From a virus: a stretch of DNA of 64,000 bases. Below the pieces are notes generated by a model, which worked only from the letters and a program-made list of their open reading frames with translations, had not been told where the DNA came from and made no database searches. Both the position numbers and the translations under genes were made by a program. The stretch's first letter is position 1, and each line of letters opens with the position of its first letter. Positions 47,294 through 56,732 of this stretch are shown piece by piece. The stretch is from the IMG/VR virus record IMGVR_UViG_3300032132_000754, positions 104,117 through 168,116 of that record, one strand, 5' to 3'.

Positions 47294-48654
47294 ATGAAGT
47301 GTTGTCTGAGAGGTATGCGAGCCCAAAATTAAATAGGCTGTTAAGCAAAGAATCGCGATATCGCGGTTGGCGAACAGTTTGGATCGTTCTTGCGGAAGCA
47401 CAACACGAACTAGGTTTCCCGATCAACAAGCTTGACCTAGACGCTGCCAAAAGAACGGCACATATTATTGATTTCGATCGTGTAAAAGAAATCGAATCCC
47501 AGACTCGACACGATGTGATGGCTCACCTTCAACATTGGGCTGAGATCACCCCAGAAGCCGCCAGTTGTATCCATTTGGGTGCCACAAGCTGCTACGTAAC
47601 TGATAACGCAGAAAATGTTATCAATCGGGAGGCTCTCCACATCATTGTCGGGTCAACCAAAGAACTCCTTAGGGAGTTAGCACCCGTTGCGCTAAAAACC
47701 GCTAGCCATGCGGTTAGAGGATATACTCATTTCCAAGTCGCCTCTCCAACCACCGTCGGGAAGAGAATCGCGATGTGGATGCAAGACATCACAGACGATG
47801 TGATTCAACTTGAGGAATTCCTCCAAAACATGGTTTGTAGAGGAGCGAAGGGTACCACCGGTACCCAAGCTTCCTACTTAGCACTAGCCGACGGCGATCA
47901 CTTTAAAGTTGCAAAACTAGATGAATTGATCGCCGAAAAGTTAGAATTCAAGTCAACAATTGGATTATCTGGCCAAACTATTACGAGAAAACAGGACGCC
48001 AAAATCGCTGACCTGTTATCTCAATTAGCAATTTCTCTTAGTAAAATGGGAAATGATGTCAGATTGCTTTCACACACAGGCGATTTAAGAGAAGGTTTCA
48101 GCAAAGGGCAAGTCGGATCATCCGCTATGCCATATAAACGAAATCCTATGATGGCAGAACGGCTTTGCGCGTTGACTAGACTAGTTCCACAATACAGGAA
48201 CATGCTGGCTCAAGTCGCAATGACACAATGGCTAGAACGATCATTAGATGATAGCGCCACTAGACGAGTAGCCATTCCGGATATGTTCCTAGCTATTGAC
48301 GGCGCATTGAATACTGCGAAGAAATTAGCTAAACTTCTCACACCCGGCCCAGAAGTAGAACATTGGGAAGATTCTGTAATGCTTGGGTTTGAACAGATTT
48401 TAGCTCAAGTTATGGCCAATGGCCATAAAGAAGGTCGTAGAGTAGACCGGCAAGAAATTCACGAGAAACTAAAATTATATGCCCATCAAGCCGACGACTT
48501 CGACGTCTTGCTACAATTATTGAATGATGATCCGACGTTTGAGGATTGTGTATTATGCCCTCTTCCGAATAAACTAATCGGAGCAGCACATCATCAGACT
48601 GTAAAATTTCTTAGGAACAACCAACAACACTGGTCTAAACGGAGCGGATCTTAG
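47290..48654 (+). CDS. purB: Adenylosuccinate lyase
   Basis: ERYAS, RHDVMAH, IHLGATS, TH.Q, GTTGTQAS, GSSAMPYKRNP. Confidence 0.95.
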   Translation: MNEVLSERYASPKLNRLLSKESRYRGWRTVWIVLAEAQHELGFPINKLDLDAAKRTAHIIDFDRVKEIESQTRHDVMAHLQHWAEITPEAASCIHLGATSCYVTDNAENVINREALHIIVGSTKELLRELAPVALKTASHAVRGYTHFQVASPTTVGKRIAMWMQDITDDVIQLEEFLQNMVCRGAKGTTGTQASYLALADGDHFKVAKLDELIAEKLEFKSTIGLSGQTITRKQDAKIADLLSQLAISLSKMGNDVRLLSHTGDLREGFSKGQVGSSAMPYKRNPMMAERLCALTRLVPQYRNMLAQVAMTQWLERSLDDSATRRVAIPDMFLAIDGALNTAKKLAKLLTPGPEVEHWEDSVMLGFEQILAQVMANGHKEGRRVDRQEIHEKLKLYAHQADDFDVLLQLLNDDPTFEDCVLCPLPNKLIGAAHHQTVKFLRNNQQHWSKRSGS

Positions 48655-48870
48655 ATGACTAATGAACCAAAAGGTGGCTGGGATAAATACGCCAGAGAGA
48701 ATCCATATGCACCACTATCCAAGGATGGTGCGGCGAGTTATCTAAACCATTTAATTGACGGCGGGAACGATAGAATTCGAGCCATTAATGAATATAAGAA
48801 GAATTTGGCTAAATGGGAAGCTAGATCTTGGTTTGGTCGTCTAATATTTCCACGACCGAGATGCCCTTAG
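48655..48870 (+). CDS. Hypothetical protein
   Basis: Abuts purB stop. Confidence 0.6.
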   Translation: MTNEPKGGWDKYARENPYAPLSKDGAASYLNHLIDGGNDRIRAINEYKKNLAKWEARSWFGRLIFPRPRCP

Positions 48871-48876
48871 AACAAT

Positions 48877-48884
48877 CAAAAGTA
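48877..48884 (+). promoter_or_regulatory. Class L variant CAAAAGTA, 4 nt before ATG 48889
   Basis: CAAAAGTA-AAAT-ATG. Confidence 0.5.
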
Positions 48885-48888
48885 AAAT

Positions 48889-49590
48889 ATGAAACTTAAT
48901 TTAATAAATGAAACAGATTTAGAATTAAGGCGTAACGAACGTGCTGCCCGAGCAGGGGGTGACATCGAAGCTATGGGAAAAGCTTTACGGACACGCCAAA
49001 GAGTTGGCAGACAAACAGAATTTGAAGCAGATAAAGTAACACCACAAGTGGCAGGTTTGGACAACTTGAATGACAAATGGTCATGGAAAGACACCTCAAT
49101 ACCATTGCCTAAAAATTGGGTCGTATATTGGATGTCTAATTATGATCTTGATGATGAAGAAGAACAGGAAGACGGATCACCATTAGCTAAACTCTCTTGG
49201 GCAACCTATCATAGAGTTGATTCTAACTGGGGCCATATGTGGTCATCGCCAAGCGTAAGAATCAACGTATCGGGTGAAAACCCAGAAAGAACATATTCGA
49301 TTTGGGTTCAAATTTCCTTGCCTGACGAAATAAATAATATAGGCTCGTTAGAACCATATGAAGGAATATGGCAAGACTATGACGAAAATCTTAGTAAAGA
49401 TGATATGACAAGCATTGTGGAAATTGCTTTGTTTTGTCCGAGTCTAAAAAAAGCTGTCGAAGTAGGAATAAAGCATGCATTTGGCGGCACTTGTAATAAA
49501 GGAATTTTAACCGGAATAGATACTCAAATTGGTGATCATAGCGGTTGTTCTATCGATGATCATTATGGTCACCAAATTGGTGAATTATAA
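48889..49590 (+). CDS. Hypothetical protein with MKLNLINE N-terminus
   Basis: 233 aa; N-terminal tag. Confidence 0.7.
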   Translation: MKLNLINETDLELRRNERAARAGGDIEAMGKALRTRQRVGRQTEFEADKVTPQVAGLDNLNDKWSWKDTSIPLPKNWVVYWMSNYDLDDEEEQEDGSPLAKLSWATYHRVDSNWGHMWSSPSVRINVSGENPERTYSIWVQISLPDEINNIGSLEPYEGIWQDYDENLSKDDMTSIVEIALFCPSLKKAVEVGIKHAFGGTCNKGILTGIDTQIGDHSGCSIDDHYGHQIGEL

Positions 49591-50126
49591 ACGAAGCGAT
49601 ATCCAACACTTATCCTAACGTCTTCAGCCCCAACACAATGCCATAATGGGTTTTCTTCATCGAAAGTGAAAATCCTAAAAACCCATTTTTTAGGTGTATC
49701 CCAGGAAGTTATAATTTCTTTAGATATTGGATCTTGGTAACGAAAGAATGACTTTCCTTCTGCCCAAGTTGCGTACAGACGTCCACCGTCTCTATCTGTG
49801 TGCCAGCCAAGGTATCCGTCTGATGGATACCAAGTTTTAGCAACACGAACGAACTCATAATCTTTTATATTCGTTTCGTTTTCGTAGATCTTCCTGCAAT
49901 AATGCTCTATTTTGGGGTGTTCATTACAATCTTTGTTAAACTTATATAAATAAGCACTGTTGTTTTTTGCATTTGTTTTGCGTTTTAAAAGTTGTTTTGA
50001 CGATAGATCGTTTCTATCTGGCCTGCCAGACATGATTTTGGGAATGGACATAATCCATTCCCTCATTTCATTAAGTTCAGCTATAATGGGATGATCAGAC
50101 AGTATGTCTAATTCTTTATAGATCAC
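49569..50126 (-). CDS. Cupin/2OG-Fe(II) oxygenase-like protein
   Basis: YPSDGYLGWHTD..WHCV..RISVGY (HxD...H...RxS). Confidence 0.75.
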   Translation of the reverse strand: MIYKELDILSDHPIIAELNEMREWIMSIPKIMSGRPDRNDLSSKQLLKRKTNAKNNSAYLYKFNKDCNEHPKIEHYCRKIYENETNIKDYEFVRVAKTWYPSDGYLGWHTDRDGGRLYATWAEGKSFFRYQDPISKEIITSWDTPKKWVFRIFTFDEENPLWHCVGAEDVRISVGYRFVYNSPIW

Positions 50127-51214
50127 GGTCCAGCAATAACAACCGTTGGGACAGAAGAATATCCTCCAGCAGTTGTAACAGCGATTGACGTGACAACATC
50201 GTCCGTTAACGTAGCTGTAGCTGCCGCGCCACCAATAGATGGTACAAATGTGACATCCGGAGCGCTTTCATAACCAGCTCCACCGTCAACAACTGTTATG
50301 GCTTCAACGCCCCAACCAACAATGAAGGTAGCACCAGTAGCGCTTCCAATAGCTGGTGTAGTTGCGACTGGATTACTTGGCGTAGCTGTGTATTCACCTT
50401 CTGCTGAAACTGTGGCTGCAAACACGCCTTGGTTATTAGTATCTTGTGTAAGCGAGAAACCGGAACCACCACCAGAGGTTGATGATTGTGTTAAGACAGC
50501 AAAGTTGGAATGTCCTGATGTGCTTGGAGTAGTAATTGTAAACTCAATTACATCTCCTGCTGTTCCTTCTGTAATAATGGTTACTACTGTGCCATCGCTT
50601 AGCGTAATGGTGTCTCCGCTAGCATACCCAGTACCAGGAACAAATGTTCCATTGAGTTCTCCACCGCCATAATCAGCTTCTGTTTGCGACAGAATAGTGC
50701 TAAAAGATGAAATGCTTAAAGTTGCTAATGTTAAAGAAGTTCCACCAACAATTGATAGTAATCCTGAGGAAGAGGAATAACCGCTGCCACGGGCTGAAAT
50801 TGTTGCTGCTAACGCTTTTACAGAAGCGGAGGCGGTAGCAGTCCCAGTTTCTAATTTATCAGAAACGTCTTCGTCTACCGTTGGGAATTTAGTTGCGTCA
50901 TAGGTGGTGTTACCAGACCCGCCTGATCCGCCTGTGGCTTCGAATCCGCCAATGTGCAGTTTCCCGGTTTCATCTGACATTGCAGCCGACCAAGTAATGT
51001 CTCTAATATGAGCAACACTTACGGCAGCGGCGAGCGATAACCCAAGAGACTCCATAAAAGCACGGAAATCTGGCCATGAGTAAAGTTCTGCCTCGACGAC
51101 ATCGACGTCTGCATTCGAGATGCGTTGACTTTGTCCGTCGTTGGCGCTAGTAAAATTAGCGACACGGCCATCACTATAGGCAATTAACGCGTTGATTCTA
51201 TGAATTGAAGCCAT
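50123..51214 (-). CDS. Putative tail/baseplate structural protein
   Basis: GSGY, GTGY, GAGY..P.V repeats typical of myophage structural proteins. Confidence 0.7.
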   Translation of the reverse strand: MASIHRINALIAYSDGRVANFTSANDGQSQRISNADVDVVEAELYSWPDFRAFMESLGLSLAAAVSVAHIRDITWSAAMSDETGKLHIGGFEATGGSGGSGNTTYDATKFPTVDEDVSDKLETGTATASASVKALAATISARGSGYSSSSGLLSIVGGTSLTLATLSISSFSTILSQTEADYGGGELNGTFVPGTGYASGDTITLSDGTVVTIITEGTAGDVIEFTITTPSTSGHSNFAVLTQSSTSGGGSGFSLTQDTNNQGVFAATVSAEGEYTATPSNPVATTPAIGSATGATFIVGWGVEAITVVDGGAGYESAPDVTFVPSIGGAAATATLTDDVVTSIAVTTAGGYSSVPTVVIAGP

Positions 51215-51240
51215 TGGGGTATCCCCTCTGGTAATATATT

Positions 51241-51690
51241 TTATCTAACTTGATCTCTAACCATCATTAAAGCTTTAAGCAAGATTGATCTAACCATCTG
51301 GTCTTGAGAGGTTCCAGCGTGCTTGCTAATTTCTATAATCAACTCTTTAAAATAAGGATGGATTGTACAAGTGACCTTTTTGCCACCTTCTGTCGGTTTC
51401 TTAATCAGAGTAACTGTAGCAAATGGGTTTTCTGGTTTAAACTCATAGGTAACAAAAGGTCCGTCTTCTCCTACCATATACTTTAAAGTCAAGCAGTAAC
51501 CAGGCATAGCTCCTTTTTCAAACAACATCAACAAAGCTTTTTTAACGCCTGGTTCTTTTACAGGATCGAAATAACCACCATTATCTTGGAGCATCATTTC
51601 AACTATCTCACGAATTTCAACAACATCAAACGACTGCCCAACAGACATTAGTTCTTTAATTGCAAATTGAATCTCGTGAGAGTAAATCAC
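51241..51690 (-). CDS. Hypothetical protein with C-terminal RHH-like element
   Basis: VTCTIHP..ISKHAGTSQDQMVRSIL. Confidence 0.6.
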   Translation of the reverse strand: MIYSHEIQFAIKELMSVGQSFDVVEIREIVEMMLQDNGGYFDPVKEPGVKKALLMLFEKGAMPGYCLTLKYMVGEDGPFVTYEFKPENPFATVTLIKKPTEGGKKVTCTIHPYFKELIIEISKHAGTSQDQMVRSILLKALMMVRDQVR

Positions 51691-51935
51691 TCAGATTCAT
51701 CCTGTTTACGAGCCCTATAATTTCTATTGTTAATGGCGTTACGGCGGCGGTATTCTTGCAGATTATTATCTCTAATCTGCTTTTTCTGAGCGGAATCGCA
51801 CTCTTTACAAGACGCTCGCTTGCCATCTTTGCGACGACTGTCTGCGTTAAAACTGCTAAAAGGAAGTTCTAGCTCACACTTCGTGCAAGTTTTAACTTCT
51901 TCATTTTCCGGCTGGTCTGTTTCTAAATCCGACAT
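51687..51935 (-). CDS. Zn-finger protein (type seen N-terminal to phage HNH/EndoVII nucleases)
   Basis: KTCTKC..F..D..RKDG..CKEC. Confidence 0.7.
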   Translation of the reverse strand: MSDLETDQPENEEVKTCTKCELELPFSSFNADSRRKDGKRASCKECDSAQKKQIRDNNLQEYRRRNAINNRNYRARKQDESE

Positions 51936-52149
51936 GATATACCGTGTATTGTGATATGGTATCTTTATTTCCAACCGTTATAATATTGAAATTCTGCTCT
52001 ATTGCAATTATTTTGCCATATCGGAGAGCGCGGTTTACAGCGTCCATCTGAATTTGGATTTCTTTAGGAGTCATCGGATGTTCTAAACTAGATGACCCAA
52101 CTATAAACCTTTCTACCCATTTTATTTCCGGTACGTCCCAATCTGTCAT
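51901..52149 (-). CDS. Hypothetical protein
   Basis: MTDWDVPEIK..; start probably ATG 52149. Confidence 0.6.
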   Translation of the reverse strand: MTDWDVPEIKWVERFIVGSSSLEHPMTPKEIQIQMDAVNRALRYGKIIAIEQNFNIITVGNKDTISQYTVYHVGFRNRPAGK

Positions 52150-52211
52150 AGTGTATATTCTACTCCTGCTAACAGGTGGTTTGGTCTGAACATGCCACCC
52201 ACTAGCACGTG

Positions 52212-52526
52212 TCACAACCAGGCCGCAATCTTGTCTAAGCTATCCTCCTCATACAAGTTTACACTGATATTATCGTGGTCTGCTATCTCCAGCTTGCGAC
52301 GACCGCCACGGACAGCCGGGACAGTCGGATACGGCCTCCGCATCTTCTGTCGCGCTTTGTAAATCCGAAGACTACACGTCTTGTTTTCGAAAAATACGGA
52401 ATAAGAGTTAAGTCCCTTCTTAAAGCGAATGAGACCATTCCATTTTCCTTTTTCATCAGGAGGATCAACTAAGAACAAGCCTTCTCCCTTTAAAAAATCG
52501 ATAATTAGCTCTTCAGACGGTATCAC
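52212..52526 (-). CDS. DPxS-family small protein (variant)
   Basis: ISVNLYEEDSLDKIAAWL. Confidence 0.65.
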   Translation of the reverse strand: MIPSEELIIDFLKGEGLFLVDPPDEKGKWNGLIRFKKGLNSYSVFFENKTCSLRIYKARQKMRRPYPTVPAVRGGRRKLEIADHDNISVNLYEEDSLDKIAAWL

Positions 52527-52987
52527 GATTTAGGGGCCTCATATAACTTCTTGGCAACATCAATTAATAAAATCCCGTCAAGATGATCGATTTCATGCAT
52601 AGCACACCTAGCTGCTAAAGCATCATCAATAAATGTGAATTCTTCCCCGTCGATATCAATAGCTTTAACAGTCACACCTTGAGGACGTTCAACTAAACCG
52701 ACTAATCCAGGGAACGATAAACAGCCTTCTGGGTAATCAACCATATCACCATTATATTCAACGATTTCGGGGTTGATAAAGACCAAATTGTCTTCTGGCT
52801 TCTGAGTAACATTCATAACAAAAACGCGAGCGTTCCAGCCTACTTGCGGGGCAGCTAACCCAATTCCTCCAAAAACTTGGAGCTGCTTTAACATTTTGTT
52901 AATTCTGTCTTTGCGTTTCTTAGATAGGTCGCCTAAATAACGACACTTTTTGCGCAAAATCTTGCTAGGGTGTTTTTCTAATCGCAT
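52523..52987 (-). CDS. def: Peptide deformylase
   Basis: GIGLAAPQVG, EGCLS, HEIDHLDG; short C-terminus. Confidence 0.96.
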   Translation of the reverse strand: MRLEKHPSKILRKKCRYLGDLSKKRKDRINKMLKQLQVFGGIGLAAPQVGWNARVFVMNVTQKPEDNLVFINPEIVEYNGDMVDYPEGCLSFPGLVGLVERPQGVTVKAIDIDGEEFTFIDDALAARCAMHEIDHLDGILLIDVAKKLYEAPKS

Positions 52988-52997
52988 GACTTATTTA

Positions 52998-53384
52998 CTA
53001 AGCCCAACTATGAGACATCCACTCAGGATTAAGTCCCAAATTCTTAAACGCTGACTTTGGATCTCTATAATTTCTAACGTAACGGGCAGCCCTTTTAGCC
53101 ATTAAATCGCGGGCCAAAGAATCTGGATCGGGATCCCTAGCCATATCCGGAGATTGCAACAACGTTTGTTTATATCTCGTAAGGCGTCGTTGTATATCTT
53201 GGCGGTCTTTATCATCTAATTTCATCACCACTGATGATCTGACTACTGCATCAAACGCTTTCTCAACCGCGTTGCGAATCCTTTTAGTTTTAGGATTTTG
53301 TCTGCGCGATAATAATCCTCTAATTTTATCAGAAAAGCCTTCATTGAAGTCATGCTGTTCCGTATATAGTAGTGAAAGCTTCAT
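52998..53384 (-). CDS. Basic helical protein with MKLSLLYTE N-terminus
   Basis: TAAAGATA-ACTT-ATG upstream (53389-53396). Confidence 0.7.
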   Translation of the reverse strand: MKLSLLYTEQHDFNEGFSDKIRGLLSRRQNPKTKRIRNAVEKAFDAVVRSSVVMKLDDKDRQDIQRRLTRYKQTLLQSPDMARDPDPDSLARDLMAKRAARYVRNYRDPKSAFKNLGLNPEWMSHSWA

Positions 53385-53396
53385 AAGTTATCTTTA

Positions 53397-54326
53397 ATGA
53401 AAAAAGACAGCAAAATATTAGTGTTAGGATCCGGAGGGCTGGTCGGCGGATCCGTCATTCGAAAATTGAAGACTGCAGGATACTCAAAAATCCTAACGCC
53501 TAAAAGGAAAGAACTTGACTTAATCATACAAAAAGATGTCCTTGATTATTTCGCCGCTAATCAACCGGAATATGTATTTCTTGCCGCAGCTAAAGTCGGT
53601 GGAATCATGGCTAATGCCACGTACCCCGCCGACTTTATTTACCAGAACCTCATGGTACAAAATAATGTAATTCACGTATCTGCGGTAACAAATGTCAAGA
53701 AATTATTATTCTTAGGAAGCTCCTGCATTTATCCAAGGGAGTGCCCCCAGCCAATTAAAGAAGAATATTTGCTAAGCGGACATTTAGAACAAACCAACAA
53801 AGCATATGCTATGGCTAAAATCGCTGGTCTAACAATGTGCGAAGCTTACAATAAGCAGTATGGTTTAAACGCTATCTCTGTTATGCCATGCAATTTATAT
53901 GGACCAGGTGACAATTTCGATCTTAATAACAGCCATGTATTGCCAGCGTTACTAAGGAAATTTCACGAAGCTAAACCAGATGATCCGGTTACTGTATGGG
54001 GAACAGGTTCACCATTGCGTGAATTCCTTTATATTGAAGATCTAGCTGACGCTTTGCATTTCTTGATGTTGAATTACGACGATCCTAGCCCAATTAACGT
54101 TGGCTCCGGAATGGATTTAAAGATTAAGGATCTTGCTCTTCTCATACAAGAAGTGACTGGGCATTCCGGGGAAATATTTTGGGATACAAGCAAACCGAAT
54201 GGGACCCCACGGAAAGTCTTAGACATTTCGAAAATTAAGTCTCTTGGATGGATGCCAGAGATAAGTTTAAGAGAAGGCATTAGAAAAACATATGCCTGGT
54301 ATCTTGCTAAACGATTATCACAATGA
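53397..54326 (+). CDS. fcl: GDP-L-fucose synthase
   Basis: GSGGLVG, LAAAKVGGI.AN, LGSSCIYP, YAMAK, MPCNLYGPGDNF, SHVLPAL, WGTGSP.REF. Confidence 0.96.
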   Translation: MKKDSKILVLGSGGLVGGSVIRKLKTAGYSKILTPKRKELDLIIQKDVLDYFAANQPEYVFLAAAKVGGIMANATYPADFIYQNLMVQNNVIHVSAVTNVKKLLFLGSSCIYPRECPQPIKEEYLLSGHLEQTNKAYAMAKIAGLTMCEAYNKQYGLNAISVMPCNLYGPGDNFDLNNSHVLPALLRKFHEAKPDDPVTVWGTGSPLREFLYIEDLADALHFLMLNYDDPSPINVGSGMDLKIKDLALLIQEVTGHSGEIFWDTSKPNGTPRKVLDISKIKSLGWMPEISLREGIRKTYAWYLAKRLSQ

Positions 54327-54765
54327 AACATACTTTGTGGTAAATCATAGCTCAGAACTTGAAAGTGCATGCAAACGCGGGATCTTAGAACTAATCATAC
54401 CACAACTGCGCACCAAGTTTAAAAAATATATTCAAGTTACATGGCCGACAGAAGTAAGAGAAGAACATAACGATTACTCTTATGATTTCACTCATGCTCA
54501 CATAGCAATAAAAAACCCAGAGCCCAAAGCCAAAGCCTTTTTCGCCGACGTGCGATTGCATTTCGATGCCATGCCTGGCACCTTGACGGTTGAGCTATCA
54601 AACAATGAACACCGCTCGTTACGCGTTGGTACCCGGACAGTAGGGTACCCGCTACAATACCAGACGCAACACATATCATTGACAGATCCCGATTGCCACT
54701 TAAAAGCAATACGGTTGATCTCTGATAATATCATTCAATTTACCAGAAATGTGGAATCGCCATGA
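54292..54765 (+). CDS. DPxS-family small protein
   Basis: HISLTDPDCHLKAIRLI. Confidence 0.65.
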   Translation: MPGILLNDYHNETYFVVNHSSELESACKRGILELIIPQLRTKFKKYIQVTWPTEVREEHNDYSYDFTHAHIAIKNPEPKAKAFFADVRLHFDAMPGTLTVELSNNEHRSLRVGTRTVGYPLQYQTQHISLTDPDCHLKAIRLISDNIIQFTRNVESP

Positions 54766-55676
54766 TTAAGAAAATCCTACTATGTATCGTGTTATGGACA
54801 ATTTCACTTGGAGCATTCTATGTTTTGCCAACTCCCCAAAAACACCCTGAATTAAGCCAAGAATTTAGCTTTTACAGTTCTGTTTGCGAAATAAGCACAG
54901 GAACAAGAATGGGTAGTGGAGTATTATTAGAATCCGGCTACATCCTTACAGTTGCACACAATATCGATATAAACTCCAACGGCGAATTAGACGATAATGA
55001 GAAATTAATAAATGCTCATTTCCATTCTACCAACTTCGAAGTTCAACTAGAGGTTCTTGCTATTTCTGATTATACTGAAGATGGCGAAATGGACATAGCT
55101 ATTTGCAAACCAGCCGAGCGCGTACCATTGGCGGGAATAAGATTATGCAGAAATAAAGAGTACTGGTCAGACGTTAAAATCGGCACAGCGGTTCGTGTCA
55201 TTGGGATGACCAATGGACAAACACCAGCCAACATTACAGATGGCAGGTTGATTACAAGATATAGAACAGAAGATCTGCATAGGAATAGCGCAAACTCATA
55301 TTTCGGCAATAGCGGAGGCGGTGTTTTTACAGAAGATGGGTTATTAATTGGTATTTCAGCTAGGGTAGCAGCAGGACAAATTCCGGTTGTCACCCCTGTC
55401 ATTGATCCGCGTACCGGCGTACCAGTTGGAAGAGTTCGCACTTTTATCGCAGTGCCAATTGCTGGATCGTCATTGCATGTTTCGGCACCAGCAATAAACA
55501 ATTTTGTAATTGATCAAGGATATCCCGAAGCTTTGGTACGAAGTGCAAAATGTCCACTCGGCCCCAAATGGATGTATTATTTGTCGTGGTCAGGCCATTT
55601 TGCAGCCTCGATGTTGTTCTTACTATCAATTATGATGTTGTTTAAAAAATCCAAGAAACGATCCCGTCGAAGCTAA
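54762..55676 (+). CDS. Membrane-anchored trypsin-like serine protease
   Basis: N- and C-terminal TM segments; LTVAH, DIAI, GNSGGG. Confidence 0.9.
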   Translation: MIKKILLCIVLWTISLGAFYVLPTPQKHPELSQEFSFYSSVCEISTGTRMGSGVLLESGYILTVAHNIDINSNGELDDNEKLINAHFHSTNFEVQLEVLAISDYTEDGEMDIAICKPAERVPLAGIRLCRNKEYWSDVKIGTAVRVIGMTNGQTPANITDGRLITRYRTEDLHRNSANSYFGNSGGGVFTEDGLLIGISARVAAGQIPVVTPVIDPRTGVPVGRVRTFIAVPIAGSSLHVSAPAINNFVIDQGYPEALVRSAKCPLGPKWMYYLSWSGHFAASMLFLLSIMMLFKKSKKRSRRS

Positions 55677-55698
55677 ATAGTACAGGTGAAAGTTTTAA

Positions 55699-56031
55699 AT
55701 GGACACTTCTCTACAACACCCAGAATTTATAGAGAGCGTACTCAGATCGTATCTGGGTAGGTATCAAAACCAATTCTACTTCAAAAAACTTTTAGACGAC
55801 AGCATTGTTTTGATTACTGACCCGCCACCAAGGCTTGCTATTACACTGTCTTCTACCCAAAATGGCGTGTTCATAGTCCTTGCTGAATGGGTAGTCGTAG
55901 ACCAGATGTCCGAAATGGCTGGTGTATGTGAATTTGAAGCGTACGAGCTTGAAAGCATCCCTATTGAAGACCCTAACGGATTCTTCAAGATGGAGGAAAG
56001 GGTGGCTAAATCGTTACTTAGCCCAACATAA
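55699..56031 (+). CDS. DPxS-family small protein
   Basis: SIPIEDPNGFFKMEERV. Confidence 0.65.
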   Translation: MDTSLQHPEFIESVLRSYLGRYQNQFYFKKLLDDSIVLITDPPPRLAITLSSTQNGVFIVLAEWVVVDQMSEMAGVCEFEAYELESIPIEDPNGFFKMEERVAKSLLSPT

Positions 56032-56032
56032 A

Positions 56033-56395
56033 ATGCGATTAATTGATAACTACCTACCAGAAGACGAGATATTAAAACTTTATATCGGTAGACATTTACC
56101 GCATTTTCAAAAACAAGTTGTAATGGCATCAAGCCCCACGGCCAGGGGCAGAGTCCAAATAACAGTATATTATCACGTTTTTGACAAATTTAAGTACAGT
56201 ATTAGCTATACCAGAACAAGATCAGCGGTTAGATTGGCTCTAAAAGAACAATTTGATGATCCAAATGCCGCGTATGCCAAGCCGCATTATTTAACAATGG
56301 AACACTGGCTTTACCCGATCCATGATCCAGAAGGGCCTATCAATCTTCAGAAGGAGATTTGTAAACACTCCGCCATCCTGCGCTCTTCGGTTTAA
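56033..56395 (+). CDS. DPxS-family small protein
   Basis: LYPIHDPEGPINLQKEI; start ATG 56033. Confidence 0.65.
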   Translation: MRLIDNYLPEDEILKLYIGRHLPHFQKQVVMASSPTARGRVQITVYYHVFDKFKYSISYTRTRSAVRLALKEQFDDPNAAYAKPHYLTMEHWLYPIHDPEGPINLQKEICKHSAILRSSV

Positions 56396-56732
56396 ACAAC
56401 GGATGTCTGTCCGGGGCCTTACGAGCAGACTTGCCTAACCATGGCGCTTTGCCAACATTGCAGTGTTTACAGCGATAATTCTTCTTGGTGTTATCCCAAC
56501 CTTTATAGAGGTCTTTTCTACAAAACCATTGTTTTTTATAACAATGGGGGCATGTGACTTTAAACCCATATGGAATTAAACGGAGTTTAGTCTTCCATTC
56601 AATAGCAGTAGCTTTGGCGCGTTTTGTTCCTACTCTAACTTCAAATAGGTCCTTCATGTACCACCCTATCCTAACCACTGGGTAGAGCAGGATGGATATC
56701 AATCCTGCTAATACTATATACTCAATGGTCAT
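56340..56732 (-). CDS. Membrane-anchored Zn-ribbon protein
   Basis: N-terminal TM; CPHC..CKHC. Confidence 0.65.
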   Translation of the reverse strand: MTIEYIVLAGLISILLYPVVRIGWYMKDLFEVRVGTKRAKATAIEWKTKLRLIPYGFKVTCPHCYKKQWFCRKDLYKGWDNTKKNYRCKHCNVGKAPWLGKSARKAPDRHPLFKPKSAGWRSVYKSPSED

